This document shows, piece by piece, positions 28,772 through 41,922 of a DNA stretch of 64,000 bases; positions within the stretch are counted from its first letter, which is position 1, and each line of letters opens with the position of its first letter. The DNA lies in assembly GCA_951406725.2 (NCBI GenBank), contig OX597823.1:97898001-97962000 (forward strand), read 5' to 3'. The notes under the pieces are model-generated. The model searched no databases, was not told where the DNA came from, and worked only from the letters and a program-made list of their open reading frames with translations. Source of the DNA: Octopus vulgaris (taxonomy: Eukaryota). The translations under genes and the position numbers were made by a program.

Positions 28772-28772
<1 letters not shown>
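27585..28772 (+). mobile_element. 3' fragment of a second PLE family: GIY-YIG C-terminus, pyrimidine-rich and tandem-repeat UTR, and pseudo-LTR
   Basis: Peptide [30 protein letters not shown]...[21 protein letters not shown] is a typical PLE endonuclease end. Hammerhead motif near the 3' end, (TA)n on both sides. Confidence 0.88.
28637..28674 (+). ncRNA. Minimal hammerhead motif (variant core) of the second PLE family
   Basis: TCTTT-CTGTTGA-A-GAGC-gtag-GCTC-GAAA-CG-TT-AAAGA. Confidence 0.65.
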
Positions 28773-28817
<45 letters not shown>

Positions 28818-28828
28818 ATATATATATG

Positions 28829-28906
<78 letters not shown>

Positions 28907-28907
<1 letters not shown>

Positions 28908-29175
28908 AGGTCCCGGGTTGAGTCGGGGTTAACCACAGTAAATAAGGTACTCAATACATAGCAGAGTAAATTAATCCATGGATATGTGAGCGTGTGTGTA
29001 TGGGGGTGTATATCCTCTTTTATATTTATTTATTTTACATATCGAACTCCCTTGTTGATCAAGTGCCACGTATCAGAGGTGGATTCACAAACTAGTGTAG
29101 CTCATTCAGCGGTGGTGCCCCAGCATGGCCGCGGCCTTCGGGCTAAAACATTTTTAAGGATTTTTTTAAGGATTT
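28907..29175 (+). mobile_element. Short retroposon 3' end (CR1-type tail) in (TA)n
   Basis: Ends ggtggtgccccagcatggccgcggccttcgggctaaaac followed by (tttttaagga)x2. Confidence 0.45.
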
Positions 29176-29455
29176 ATATATGTGTGTAGATATTTGTGTG
29201 AATGTATGAGTATGGGTATGGGTGAGTACGTACATGTATGTAAATGGGTGCATATGTACATGTGTATATGGATGTATGTGGGTATGTGTATGTAAACTCT
29301 ATTATTCTATTTATTCTTTTATCTACTTTATCACTGATTCCTTTGACCACTCCCCTAAGAATGATAGTTTGCACCATGCCTACCCCAAAAAGTCCCCCAC
29401 CACCACCCCTTAAACCTGCCTAAGTGTATAAATGCCAAAACTATTCTTGTTACCC

Positions 29456-29506
29456 AGCTTCCTGATGATTTCTTTTGAATGAAACAGTTCTAGTCCTGTA
29501 GAAGCT
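29456..29506 (+). ncRNA. Type I hammerhead ribozyme with canonical core and a full stem III
   Basis: AGCTTC-CTGATGA-t-TTC-tttt-GAA-t-GAAA-CAG-ttctagtc-CTG-TA-GAAGCT. 6-bp stem I; predicted GUA cleavage after 29500. Confidence 0.85.
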
Positions 29507-29517
29507 CCTTCTATAAA

Positions 29518-29521
<4 letters not shown>

Positions 29522-29569
<48 letters not shown>

Positions 29570-29619
29570 GTATATATATATGTATATATATGTATATGTA
29601 TATATATATGTATATGTAT

Positions 29620-29653
<34 letters not shown>

Positions 29654-29903
29654 ATGTATATGTATATATATATGTATATATATATATATATGTATATGTA
29701 TATATATATGTATATGTATATATATATGTATATGTATATATATATGTATATGTATATATATATGTATATGTATATATATATGTATATGTATATATATATG
29801 TATATGTATATATATATGTATATATATATATACATATACATATATATATACATATACATATACATATACATATATATATACATATACATATATATATATG
29901 TAT

Positions 29904-29937
<34 letters not shown>

Positions 29938-29965
29938 ATGTATATGTATATAGGTATATATGTAT

Positions 29966-30051
<86 letters not shown>

Positions 30052-30328
30052 GTATATATATATATATGTATATATATATGTATATATATATATATATATC
30101 TATATATGTATATATATATGTATATGTCTATATGTATATATATATATGTATATGTATATATATATGTATATATATATCTATATATGTATATATATATGTA
30201 TATGTATATATATATGTATATATATGTATATGTATATATATATGTATATATATATATGTATATGTATATATATATGTATATATATATATGTATATATATA
30301 TGTATATATATATGTATATATATATATG

Positions 30329-30393
<65 letters not shown>

Positions 30394-31262
30394 GTATATA
30401 TATATGTATATATATATGTGTATATATATGTATGTATATATATATATATGTATGTATATGTATGTATATATATATGTATATGTATGTATATATATATATA
30501 TGTATATGTATGTATATATATATGTATATGTATGTATATATATATATATGTATATGTATGTATATATATATGTATATGTATGTATATATATATATGTATA
30601 TGTATGTATATATATATATGTATATGTATGTATATATATATATGTATATATATTTGTATATATATTTGTATATATATAATATATATGTATGTATATATAT
30701 AATATATATATGTATGTATATATATAATATATATATGTATGTATATATATATAATATATATATGTGTATATATATTATATATATATGTATATATATATAC
30801 TATATATATGTGTATATATATATAATATATATATGTGTATATATATATAATATATATATGTATGTATATATATATAATATATATATGTGTATATATATAT
30901 AATATATATATGTATGTATATATATAATATATATATGTATGTATATATAATATATATATGTATGTATATATAATATATATATGTATGTATGTATATATAA
31001 TATATATATGTATGTATATATATGTAATATATATATGTATGTATATATATAATATATATATGTATGTATATATATAATATATATATGTATGTATATATAA
31101 TATATATATGTATGTATATATAATATATATATGTATGTATATATAAATAATATATATATATGTATATATATAATATATATATATGTATATATATATATAT
31201 GTATGTATATATAATATATATATATGTATGTATATATAATATATATATATGTATGTATATAT
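29522..31262. repeat. (TA)n/(TATG)n compound microsatellite (continues 31755-32058)
   Basis: Directly visible. Confidence 0.98.
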
Positions 31263-31628
31263 AATAAATATAAGAGAGTGTTCACTATATTGATCACTCT
31301 AGCACCAGTTAATCCAAGAGGTTTCAACCACGAAAAATACATGTTTCCCATGAAAGCCGGTACGACTGTTAGCTCACACGGACAGGGCAAATAAAAAATA
31401 ACAAAAATACAGATTATTTTGGGACAATTGTTTCGCTATTAATGAATTAAATGTAATATTGCTTACAGTAATCCATTTGTAGCTCTTCAGCCAAGACTAT
31501 CTGGATGAAATCCACTCAATCACACGCCAGATTTTACCATAACGATAAATACGCGTGCGGTTCAATTGATTGAGTGATCAATATAGTGCTAGAGTGATCA
31601 ATATAGTGAACACTCTCTTATATTTATT
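31263..31628. mobile_element. Small element between (TA)n-type tracts with 43-bp inverted repeats (31263-31305 / 31586-31628) enclosing a hammerhead
   Basis: aataaatataagagagtgttcactatattgatcactctagcac and its exact reverse complement, plus a short tandem duplication at 31572-31588. Confidence 0.7.
31419..31494 (-). ncRNA. Type I hammerhead ribozyme motif with a long loop 2
   Basis: Reverse complement reads TTGG-CTGAAGA-GCTA..(about 40 nt)..TAGC-GAAA-CAATTG-TC-CCAA. Canonical core, GUC site. Confidence 0.8.
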
Positions 31629-31990
31629 TTGTGAAAATATTATAATATGTTATAAAATATTATAATAATCCAGGTTTCTCGTAGCACTAGGCCACTTGGT
31701 GTGGAATAAATATACTATTAAATTAGTATCTAATTCTCTCACCCTTATTAATTAATGTATATATAATATATATATATGTATGTATATATAATATATATAT
31801 ATGTATGTATATATAATATATATATATGTATGTATATATAATATATATATATGTATGTATATATAATATATATATATGTACGTATATATAATATATATGT
31901 ATGTATATATATATAATATATATATATGTATATATATATAATATATGTATGTATATATATATATAATATATATATATGTATATATATATA

Positions 31991-32057
<67 letters not shown>

Positions 32058-32059
32058 AT

Positions 32060-33658
32060 ATGACGAAGTAGAAGGGGATAGAGCTTCACCTGGGGTAGAA
32101 GACAACTGGACGTTTCTAAGGGACAACCTGCTGAGAGCCACTGACCAGATCTGTGGCTGGTGCAAAGTCCCCTCTGGACCCAAAATAACGTGGTGGTGGT
32201 GGTGGAACAATGCTGTAGACAGGGCTATTAGAGAAAAGAGACAGATTTGGAAGGACTGGAAGAATGGTGATAGCAGGGAATTGTATCAGACTGCCAGAAG
32301 GGAAGCTAGGAGACAGGTTTATTTAGCCAGAGGGGAAGCAGATTAGAAAAAATTTGCCAATGTTCTGCGCCGTGTGGACCAAAGACTTGAGGTGTTTCGT
32401 GTTGCAAGACAGCGTGTGAGAGAGAATCGTGATGTGGTAGGAGAGAAATGTGTTCGCATGGATGATGGTTCACTTGCAGTAAATGAGGATGCAAAGAGAG
32501 AGGTTTGGAGACGCCACTATGAAAGGTTGCTCAAAAAAGAGAATGAATGGGATAAAGAGAGTCTGCCGAATGTCGGATAGTGCTTTTTACGTGCCACTGG
32601 CATGGAAGCCAGTCTAGGCAGCGCTGGCATTGGCCACATTCAGATGGTGCTTTTTACGTGGCCAATGCACCATATATATATATATATATAATATATATAG
32701 TTTCCGCTACCTGGGTGACCAAGTTAGTAGTGGAGGTGGATGCTCAGAGAGTGTCACCACTAGAATACGAATAGCCTGGGCAAAGTTTAGAAAGCTCCTA
32801 CCCCTACTGGCGACAAAGGGTCTCTCATTCAGAGTGAAAGGTAGATTGCATGACGCATGTATGCGAACTGCCATGCTTCACGGTAGTGAAACACGGGCCG
32901 TGACTGCAGAGGACATGCGTAGACTTGAAAGAAATGGAGCTAGCATGATCCGCTGGATGTGTAATGTCAGTGTGAATGCGCGACAGAGTGTAAGCACCCT
33001 GAGAGAAATGCTCGACATAAGAAGTATCAAATGCAGTGTGCAAGAGCGACGCTTGCGATGGTATGGTCATGTACTGCGGATGGATGAGGAGAGATGTGTG
33101 AAGAAGTGCCGCTCCCAAACAGTTGAAGGAATCAGGGGGAGAGGTAGACCCAGGAAGACATGGGATGAGGTAGCCAAGCATGACCTCAAGGCATTGGGCC
33201 TCACTGAGGCAATGGCGAAGGACCGAGATCTCTGGAGATGTGCTGTGACTACAAAGACCCGGGATGCTTCAGGCACCAGTACCGCATAGCCCCTGCCCAT
33301 TCAAAGTACCTTGGATCCCGGAACATCTCGCTGTGCTTGAGGAGACCTGTTGAGTCAAGTGCATGTACATGAACATCGAAACAAATATCAATGGAAATAG
33401 TAGTTGTGATACCTGTGCCGGTGGCACAAAAAAAGCACCGTCCAAACGTGGCCGATGCCAGCTGGCTTCCGTGCCGGCAGCACGTTAAAAGCACCCACTC
33501 CACTCGCGGAGTGGTTGGCGTTAGGAAGGGCATCCAGCTGTAGAAACACTGCCAGATCAGACTGGAGCCTGGTGCAGCCTTCTGGCTTCCCAGACCCCAG
33601 TCGAACCGTCCAACCCGTGCTGGTGCGGAAAACGGACGTTAAACGATGATGATGATGA
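32060..33658 (+). mobile_element. Mosaic RTE copy: EN-RT linker, inverted UTR piece plus (TA)n, then RT C-terminus and 3' UTR
   Basis: 32060-32575 matches about 38780-39280. 32697-33289 encodes SFRYLGDQV...RGRPRKTW. Ends in (GAT)n. Confidence 0.9.
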
Positions 33659-33669
33659 TATTTATATAA

Positions 33670-33839
33670 TCTCTATATATAAACGGCAGTTTGTCTGTGC
33701 GTGTTTCTGTGTGTCTGTCAGGTTGTACCCTCACCCTGACCACGGCTTTCAACCGATTCTGATGAAACTTGACACACACATAGCCCAATGTCATAATTCA
33801 AAACTAACGCAGCGAAAATTTTGAAAAGTTCCCCCAGTT
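33670..33839 (+). mobile_element. 5' fragment of the same Helitron-like element
   Basis: Nearly identical to 11045-11206. Confidence 0.75.
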
Positions 33840-35151
33840 TCTCGTCTTTGTTCTACCAAACCTAAACATCAGCAGCAGCAGAAGCAGAATCATCATCATC
33901 ATCATCATCATTTCCACAGCTGCATAGGTTGGAGGGTCTGGCAGGAACAGCCACATTGAGCTGCAATATCAGCTTTGACATGTTTTCTGTGGCTGTATGC
34001 CCTTCCTAACACCAACCACATTACTGGGTTTATTTTATTTTCTTTTTTTTTTATTTCTTTCTTATTTGGTGACACCAGCCCAAGTGAGGTTGCCTGATAA
34101 GAAAAGAAAAAAGAAACCTCCTTGAGTAAATGGAGATAGTATTTGTGAGAAGAGGGGTGGAAAGATGTATGTATCATAATTTTTCTGAAACTTCAGATTT
34201 TTAAATATGCTAGACCACTGGTTTTAAATTGATATTCAATTTTTCACCCTTATTATTTTAAATTTATATATATATCATCACCATCATCGTTTAACATCCG
34301 TTTTCCATGCTAGCATGGGTTGAACGGTTCAACCGGGGTCTAGGATGCCAGGAGGCTACACCAGGCTCCAGACCATGTTTATATAATGTTAATAATATGA
34401 TGTTGATAATTAAAATGAATGTTAATGAAAGTGATAATGATATTTAGAATAACTAACCAAGGTTAGCAAAACATAGAAAGGAAAAAGTGTAAAATAATAA
34501 AATAAAAATTAACTACACAGCCTTCTTCCCCCTTTATCTATGTATTAATCATTAATAATTAAACATTCCTGACCTACTGCTGTACATGGTTCTCTTTGAT
34601 GTATGTATTATATTTAAAATGTTTAAGGGGGTTTGGGTGATGTTAAAAAAATATTTAGCTCTCAGAACTGTATTTCAGATTTTCTGATTCACACTGTACT
34701 CTACATAATATAGATATTCTCAGAACTCTTTTAGAGAGAAAGAGAGCAGTGGAGTATAAAGATAAGCAGAGAAAGAGAGTGATAACTGGCGTGAGAGAGA
34801 AAGAATAAATGTAAGGCCAGGTATTGGCAGACGCAGAGAGAAAAACAGACACAAACTGGACAGACATAGAGATAGACAAAAGCAAATGATAAGAAACTGA
34901 CTGCTCTACCACATGTCACTGGATATTTTACTGACAGAACATGCCTGCTTATAAGCCTGTTGGTAAATAGGGAGGTTGGTAAGTATATAGGAATGAAGTA
35001 ACACATGGCACTGAAATGCGATATGTGGGTGTTAAGCTTTAACTGAACATTTCACAACTATGTGTGCAACTGCAAAAGGTTTCTAAAGTATTAACGTGTA
35101 ATCTTGTCAGTGACCAAGTCACAGTTTGCATCATGGAAATTTTGACACCAA

Positions 35152-35365
35152 TCATCATCATCATCATCATCGTTTAACGTCCGTTTTCCATGCTAGCATG
35201 GGTTGGATGGTTCGACCAGGGTCTGGGAAGCCAGAAGGCTGCACCAGGCTCCAGTCTGATTTGGCAGTGTTTCTACAGCTGGATGCTCTTCCTAACAGCA
35301 ACCACTCCGTGAGTGTAGTGGGTGCTTTTTACGTGCCACCAGCATAGGTGCCAGGGGAGGCTGGT
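35152..35365 (-). mobile_element. RTE 3' UTR-only copy (shorter or older copies also at about 33895-34030 and 34275-34370)
   Basis: (CAT)n-cgtttaacgtccgttttccatgctagc consensus. Confidence 0.85.
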
Positions 35366-36189
35366 CACGTGAAATAATAAATGTTTAAATGAAGTTAACA
35401 GCCTTAGTATGTTTTTGAATGGCTAATATGTGGCCTTCATGCTGCAATCATTTTAGTTTCCATGCATGATCTCATATCAAATCACTCATCTGGCAAGTCC
35501 ACCACCAAAATATTTTCGAGATGTTTTCCCAAAAGCAATCTGATTTTATGGGTTTGTGGTATAAGACACAGCTAATGACTGAACACTTCCTTGTGTTACA
35601 GTGATCACAGCCAATCTGTATACCCCTATATTCTTCACACTGTACCGTCTGACACTTATATTCTCCATTATTTAACCTTTCTAAAGTTAAACAGCAACAT
35701 TAATCATCAATAAAAAATGTGTTAACTTTGCCCTTCATTCACTCCAAGGTAATAAAATTGGCAGTAGTCATGTATTTCCCTTAAGTCTTCTGTTGCTGAA
35801 AGAATTCATAGGGATGTCATTGTTGCATATGGTATAGGCATTTTAGAACCTGGTGGTATCCATCCCTATTCAGGCCTGAACAAAGCAAATTGCTTTCAGA
35901 GATAGACAGAAGAACCAGAAGAAAGAAAGAAGAATCTTAGTGCGGGACTGATGTTGTATTTATCAACCTCAAAAGCCAGTTAAGTAGTCTTATGTCCTTC
36001 CCTTTTTTTTCAAGATGATAAGACGTGATTTGAGAGAAACTTATCTATTTCCAGCTGATCAGGATACTGTACAAAGATGACCTCATTAGCTCATGGTCAG
36101 CCTTCAAGCAGACCTACAATCAGACATTCTACTCATGAACATCCTGCCTTATTTCTTTTTCTTTTCTGGTTTTTTTTAATATAGCAAAG

Positions 36190-37561
36190 AATTTAATGTA
36201 CAAGTAGGAGTGAACAGGGATTGGTTTTTAGCACCCTCTTGCTTATCATAGTTCTCCAAACTATAACAGGAATTTAAAACTGGCTGCCTTTGGGAGCTCC
36301 TCTACACTGATGACCTTGGTCTTATTGCTGAATCACTGCCAGAACTAGAGAAGAAATTTCAGGTATGGAAGCAAGGATTGGAATCAAAGGGCCTTAAAGT
36401 TAATTTAGCAAAGACCAAAGTCTTGATAAATAGGAAAACTGACAAATCACATTTCCCTTCAAGTAGACGACCCTGCTCAATATGTAGAAAAAGTGTCAGT
36501 AGAAACTTCGTACAATGTACTCAGTGCAAGCTATGGACACATAAGAGGTGCAGTGGTATCACTGGGAAACTAACAGAGAAAGTAGCCTTTATTTGTGGCA
36601 GATGTGCAGGGACATTTAAACACCTGGAATGAACAAAAAACTGGCTCCCTCAAATGTCAGTGGGGATCCTTAGAAGTAGTAGACAGTTTCCATTACTTAG
36701 GTGACCAGTTTAGTAGCAGTGAAGGTTGTTCCAAAAGCATAACTGCTAGAACAAGAATAGGCTGGGCAAAGTTCAGAGAGCTACTACCTTTGTTAGTAAC
36801 AAAGGCCTCTCCTTCAGAGTGAAAGGCAGATTGTATGATGCTTGTTTATGAACAGCTATTCCACATGGCAGTAAAACATGGGCTGTGACAACTGAGGATA
36901 TGCAAAGGCCTGAAAGAAATGAAGTCAGCATGCTCTGCAGGATGGGTAATGTCAGCGTGCATATACAGCAGTGTAAATGGTTTGAGGAAAAAACTGGCAT
37001 CAGATGTGTGCAAGAGAGAAGACTGCCGGTACAGTTATGTAATGCGTATGAATGGAGATGGTTGCATCAAGAGGTGCCGATCTCTAATTGCTAAGGGAAC
37101 ATGTGGAAGGGATAGACTCAGGAAACACAAGTTGCAGTGGTGAGAAAGGATCTTCAGACATTGGGTCACACAGAGGGGATAACGGGGCGAAGACTCTTGG
37201 TAGTTTGCTGTACTTGAAAAGACCTGTCAAACAAAGTAAAATGAAGGTTATCCTTGCATACAGGCACGTTCCCTACATCCTCTCCAGCTGAGCGTTCCTA
37301 ATTTTGCGGGTTCATGGGTGCTGGTGCCATGTAAATTGCACCCATACCAGTGCCACATAAACACATCCATGCTGGTGCTACGTAAAAGCACCCAGTACAC
37401 TCTGTAAAGTGATTGGCATTAGGAAAGGGATCTAGCCATAGAAACCAGGCCAAAATAGGCATGGTGCCTGCAAAGCTCTTCAGCTGGCCAGCTCCTGTGA
37501 AACTGTCCAACCCATGCCAGCATGGAAAACGGATGTTAAATGACGATGATGATGATGATGA
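36190..37561 (+). mobile_element. Degenerate 5'-truncated RTE LINE
   Basis: Fragments WELLYTDDL, ESKGLKVNLAKTK, PCSICRK..CTQCKLWTHKRC and DSFHYLGDQ with frameshifts. Shared 3' UTR and (GAT)n tail. Confidence 0.88.
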
Positions 37562-38110
37562 TTGTGTGTAGGATTACATTTTCCGATTCAAAATGTCCCC
37601 TTTTTTAAAATTGTAGTGTAATCTGGGAGGTATTTGACTATTATTTCTAGCAAGTTCAAAGATCACTTAGAAATTAGCTGGTTAATGCTGTCAGGAGTGG
37701 GGAATATCACTTGTAAAAACACCTATTATTTCCCCAACCACTTGACGCAACAAGAGTTGACACAATTAAAGCTTTGTAGAGTTTCTTTTCAAAATGCTGC
37801 CTCCTAACATATTTCATAGATTGCTTGATGATTTGGAAACAAGAAAACAAACATCCACCATCAAAGAATCATTTTGTTATATTGTCCCTTGCCACAAACA
37901 CAAATTAAACCAGGAGAGAAAAAGGAGCTATTTAAAATATGTTAATTACATCAGCAAAAATATTGTAATTATGTTACCTGTGGACACAAAGGCCTCCAGT
38001 GTAAGCATACTTGACTAGTACTTTATTTTATTGACCTTGGAAGAGTTATTTGATGTTTGTATATACATATATATAGCAATCTGGCCTATTTCTATATATT
38101 TTGCTCCTGT

Positions 38111-38160
<50 letters not shown>

Positions 38161-38195
38161 AACATCTTTTAAAATTGCATTTTCAAACCTTCTTT

Positions 38196-41100
38196 AGAAT
38201 ACTTAAGATTAGACTAGTGCTTTATCATAGGTCAGCAACCAATATCTCGGCATATGCCCCTCAGCCAGGGCTACCAGAAGGACAGAAAGACCGATTCTAT
38301 GACACCCTATTACAGACTACCTCGTTGACAAATGACATTGACCTTCTCTTTGTGGCAGGTGACTTCAATGGACATGTTAGACTGCATGGCAGGGGCTTCC
38401 ATGGCATACACGGGGGCTACGGTTTTGGTTCTCACAATGAAGAGGGAACCAGGCTGCTGGAGTTCTGCGATGCAAATGACCTTATGATTTGCAATACCAG
38501 CTTCAGGAAACCCACCTCTCACCTAGTCACCTACCGCTCTGGCAGACACACTAGCCAGATCAACTACATCCTCACCAGAAAGAGGGAAAGAGAGCTACTT
38601 AGAAATGCCAAAACCTTCCCAGGCAAGGAATATACTCCTCAACATAGATTAGTAGTTAGCGAATTCAGGATCAGGGCCAAATGGCTGCCCAGAAGAAGAC
38701 CAGCTCGAAGGAGAAGAGTCTGGAAACTTAAAGATCCTGTAAATGGACGGAGATTTAAAGAAGTTCTACTCGAAGCTTTCGACGAAATAGAAGGGGATAT
38801 AGCATCACATAATGTGGAAGCCAGCTGGAGGTTTCTACGGGACAATCTGCTGAGAGCCACTGACCAGATCTGTGGATGGAGCAAAGTCCCATCTCGTCCC
38901 AGGGTAACGTGGTGGTGGAACAGTGTTGTAGACAGGGCTATTAGAGAAAAGAGACAGGCTTGGAAGGACTGGCAGTAGTAGGGAATTGTATCAGACTGCG
39001 AAAAGAGAAGCTAGGAGACAGGTATATTTAGCTAGAGGGGAAGCAGATAAGAAAAAATTTGCCAATGTTCTGCGCCGTGAGGACCAAAGACTTGAGGTGT
39101 TTCGTGTTGCAAGACAGTGTGTGAGAGAGAATCGTGATGTGGTAGGAGAGAAATGTGTTCGCATGGATGATGGTTCACTTGCAGTAAATGAGGATGCAAA
39201 GAGAGAGGTTTGGAGATGCCACTATGAAAGGTTGCTCAACAAAGAGAATGAATGGGATAAAGAGAGTCTGCCGAATGTCGACCCAATAGAGGGACCAGCT
39301 ATCCGAGTTGACAGTTCCATGGTAGTTAAAGCAATTGGAAGCATGAAGACAGGGAAAGCCCCAGGCCCATCAGGAATTACTGCTGAGATGCTCAAAATAT
39401 CTAGCAGTGTTGGCTATAGCCTAGTCACCCATATAGTTAACCAGGTGATACACGAAGGAGTCATACCCAATGACTGGTGTAGTAGCATAATAGTCAACTG
39501 CTACAAAGGTAAAGGTGACGCCCTAGATACAAGTAATTACAGAGGTATAAAGCTGTTGGATCAGGTAATGAAGGTTACGGAAAGGGTCATAGCCCAACTG
39601 ATTAGAGAGAGAGTCAACCTAGACGAGATGCAGTTTGGTTTCGTGCCAGGGAAAAGCACCACTGATGCCATATTTCTAGTGAGACAGCTGCAGGAGAAAT
39701 ACCTAGCTAAAGATAAAACTCTGTACCTGGCTTTCGTTGACTTGGAGAAAGCCTTTGACAGGGTCCCCCGATCCCTTATCTGGTGGTCAATGAGGAAACT
39801 AGAGATAGATGAATGGTTAGTGAGAGCTGTGCGTGCCATGTACAGGGATGCTGTTAGTAAGGTGAGGGTTGGCAACGACTACAGTGAAGAATTCCGGGTG
39901 GAGGTTGGGGTCCACCAAGGCACAGTCCTCAGCCCCCTCCTATTTATCATAGTCCTCCAGGCAATAACGGAGGAATTCAAGAGAGGATGCCCCTGGGAGC
40001 TCCTCTATGCTGATGACCTTGCTCTAATTGCTGAATCACTATCAGAACTGGAGGAGAAGTTTCAGGCGTGGAAGCAAGGATTAGAATCGAAGGGCCTTAG
40101 AGTCAATCTAGCTAAAACCAAAGTCCTAATAAGTAGGAAGGTAGACAAATCTCAAACGCCTTCAGGTAGATGGCCCTGCTCGATCTGTGGAAAAGGCGTA
40201 GGTAGGAACTCTATAAGATGCACCAAGTGTAATCTATGGACACATAAGAGGTGCAGCAATGTCAAAGGAAGGCTAACTAGGAAGATAGTTTTTGTATGTG
40301 GCAGATGCTCTGGTTCAATAAAGACTGAAAATGCGCAGAGACCATCTTTCGCCACATTCCAGGGAGAAAAACTAGAAATAGTTGATAGTTTCCGTTACCT
40401 AGGTGACCAAGTCAGTAGCAGGGGTGGGTGTGCCAAAAGTGTAACTGCTAGAGTAAGAATAGCCTGGGCAAAGTTCAGAGAGCTCTTACCTCTGCTAGTG
40501 ACAAAAGGCCTCTCGCTCAGAGTAAAAGGCAGACTGTATGACGCATGTGTGCGAACAGCCATGCTACATGGCAGTGAAACATGGGCCATGACTGCTGAGG
40601 ATATGCGTAAGCTCGCAAGAAATGAAGCCAGTATGCTCTGTTGGATGTGTAATGTCAGTGTTCATACCCGACAGAGTGTAAGTGCCTTGAGAGAAAAGTT
40701 GGACCTAAGAAGCATCAGATGTGGTGTGCAAGAGAGGCATCTACGCTGGTATGGACACGTAGTAAGAATGGATGAAGATAGTTGTGTGAAAAAGTGCCAC
40801 ACCCTAGCGGTTGAGGGAACCTGTGGAAGAGGTAGACCCAGGAAAACCTGGGACGAGGCGGTGAAGAACGACCTTCGCGCTTTAGGTCTCACCGAGGAAA
40901 TGACCAGAGACTGAGACCTTTGGAAGGACACGTGAGGCCATAACCCATGGCCCCTACCTGGGATGTAGTCAGTCCACCTGTGCATACCTTCCTTCTTGGG
41001 ACACATAACTCTACTTGTGAAGACCTGTTGAGGCAAGTGAAAATCAAATCAAATCAAAATCGATGAACATCAATGGAATTTGTAGTTTTGTGGTACCAGT

Positions 41101-41603
41101 GCCGGTGGCACATAAGAAAACCATCCGAACGTGGCCGTAGCCAGTACCGCATCGACTGGCCTCCGTGCTGGTGGCACATAACAAACACCATCTGATCGTG
41201 GCCGTGCCAGATCGCCTGGCCTCCGTGCCGGTGGCACGTAAAAAAACACCATCCGAGCGTGGCCGTTCGCCAGCCTCATCTGGCACCTGTGTCGGTGGCA
41301 CATAAAAAACACCATCCGAGTGCGGCCGTTCACCAGCCTCATCTGGCACCTGTGTCAGTGGCACATAAAAAACACCATCCGAGCGTGGCCGTTCGCCAGC
41401 CTCGTCTGGCACCTGTGTTGGTGGCACATAAAAAGCACCCACTACACTCACGGAGTGGTTGGCGTTAGGAAGGGCATCCAGCTGTAGAAACACTGCCAGA
41501 TCTGACTGGGCCTGATGAAGCCTTCGGGCTTCCCAGACCCCAGTTGAACCGTCCAACCCATGCTAGCATGGAAAGCGGACGTTAAACGATGATGATGATG
41601 ATG
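38196..41603 (+). mobile_element. RTE-clade LINE, 5'-truncated: APE endonuclease C-half, RT, 3' UTR, (GAT)n tail; one frameshift near 38975
   Basis: ISAYAPQ, AGDFNGHV, SQINYIL, PQHRLVV (endonuclease). KAPGPSG, NYRGIKLL, QFGFVPGKSTTDAIF, AFVDLEKAFDRVP, GVHQGTVLSPLLF, LLYADD, FRYLG, LRWYGHV, RGRPRKTW (RT). ORFs 38031-38978 and 38986-40914. Confidence 0.95.
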
Positions 41604-41890
41604 TTATATATACATATATATCATCATAATTGTTCTAACAACTGCTTTTCCATGCTTGCATGGATCTGATAGAACTTGTTGAGGTGGTTTTTCTATAGCC
41701 AAATGCACTTCTTACCCTTCCTATCACCAATTCTCATTTTCAAGTAAAGTAATACTTCTACATGACCAGACATGTTTTCACAGAAGGTTGGAAATGAAGG
41801 ACTCTGCTTGTATGATGGTGACAATTATTTACACCTGTCACATGATGCGAAAGCAAGGAGACACAAACATACTCACACTTCCGCACTCAC

Positions 41891-41922
<32 letters not shown>

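Noticed and set aside
38031-38195. N-terminal part of the 315-aa ORF
   Set aside because: This is read-through from flanking DNA and (TA)n. LINE homology begins only at about 38196.
41095-41440. Regularly spaced ~60-bp repeats resembling a CRISPR array
   Set aside because: Eukaryotic context, whole units are homologous with no unique spacers, there are no cas genes, and the array is part of the RTE 3' UTR.
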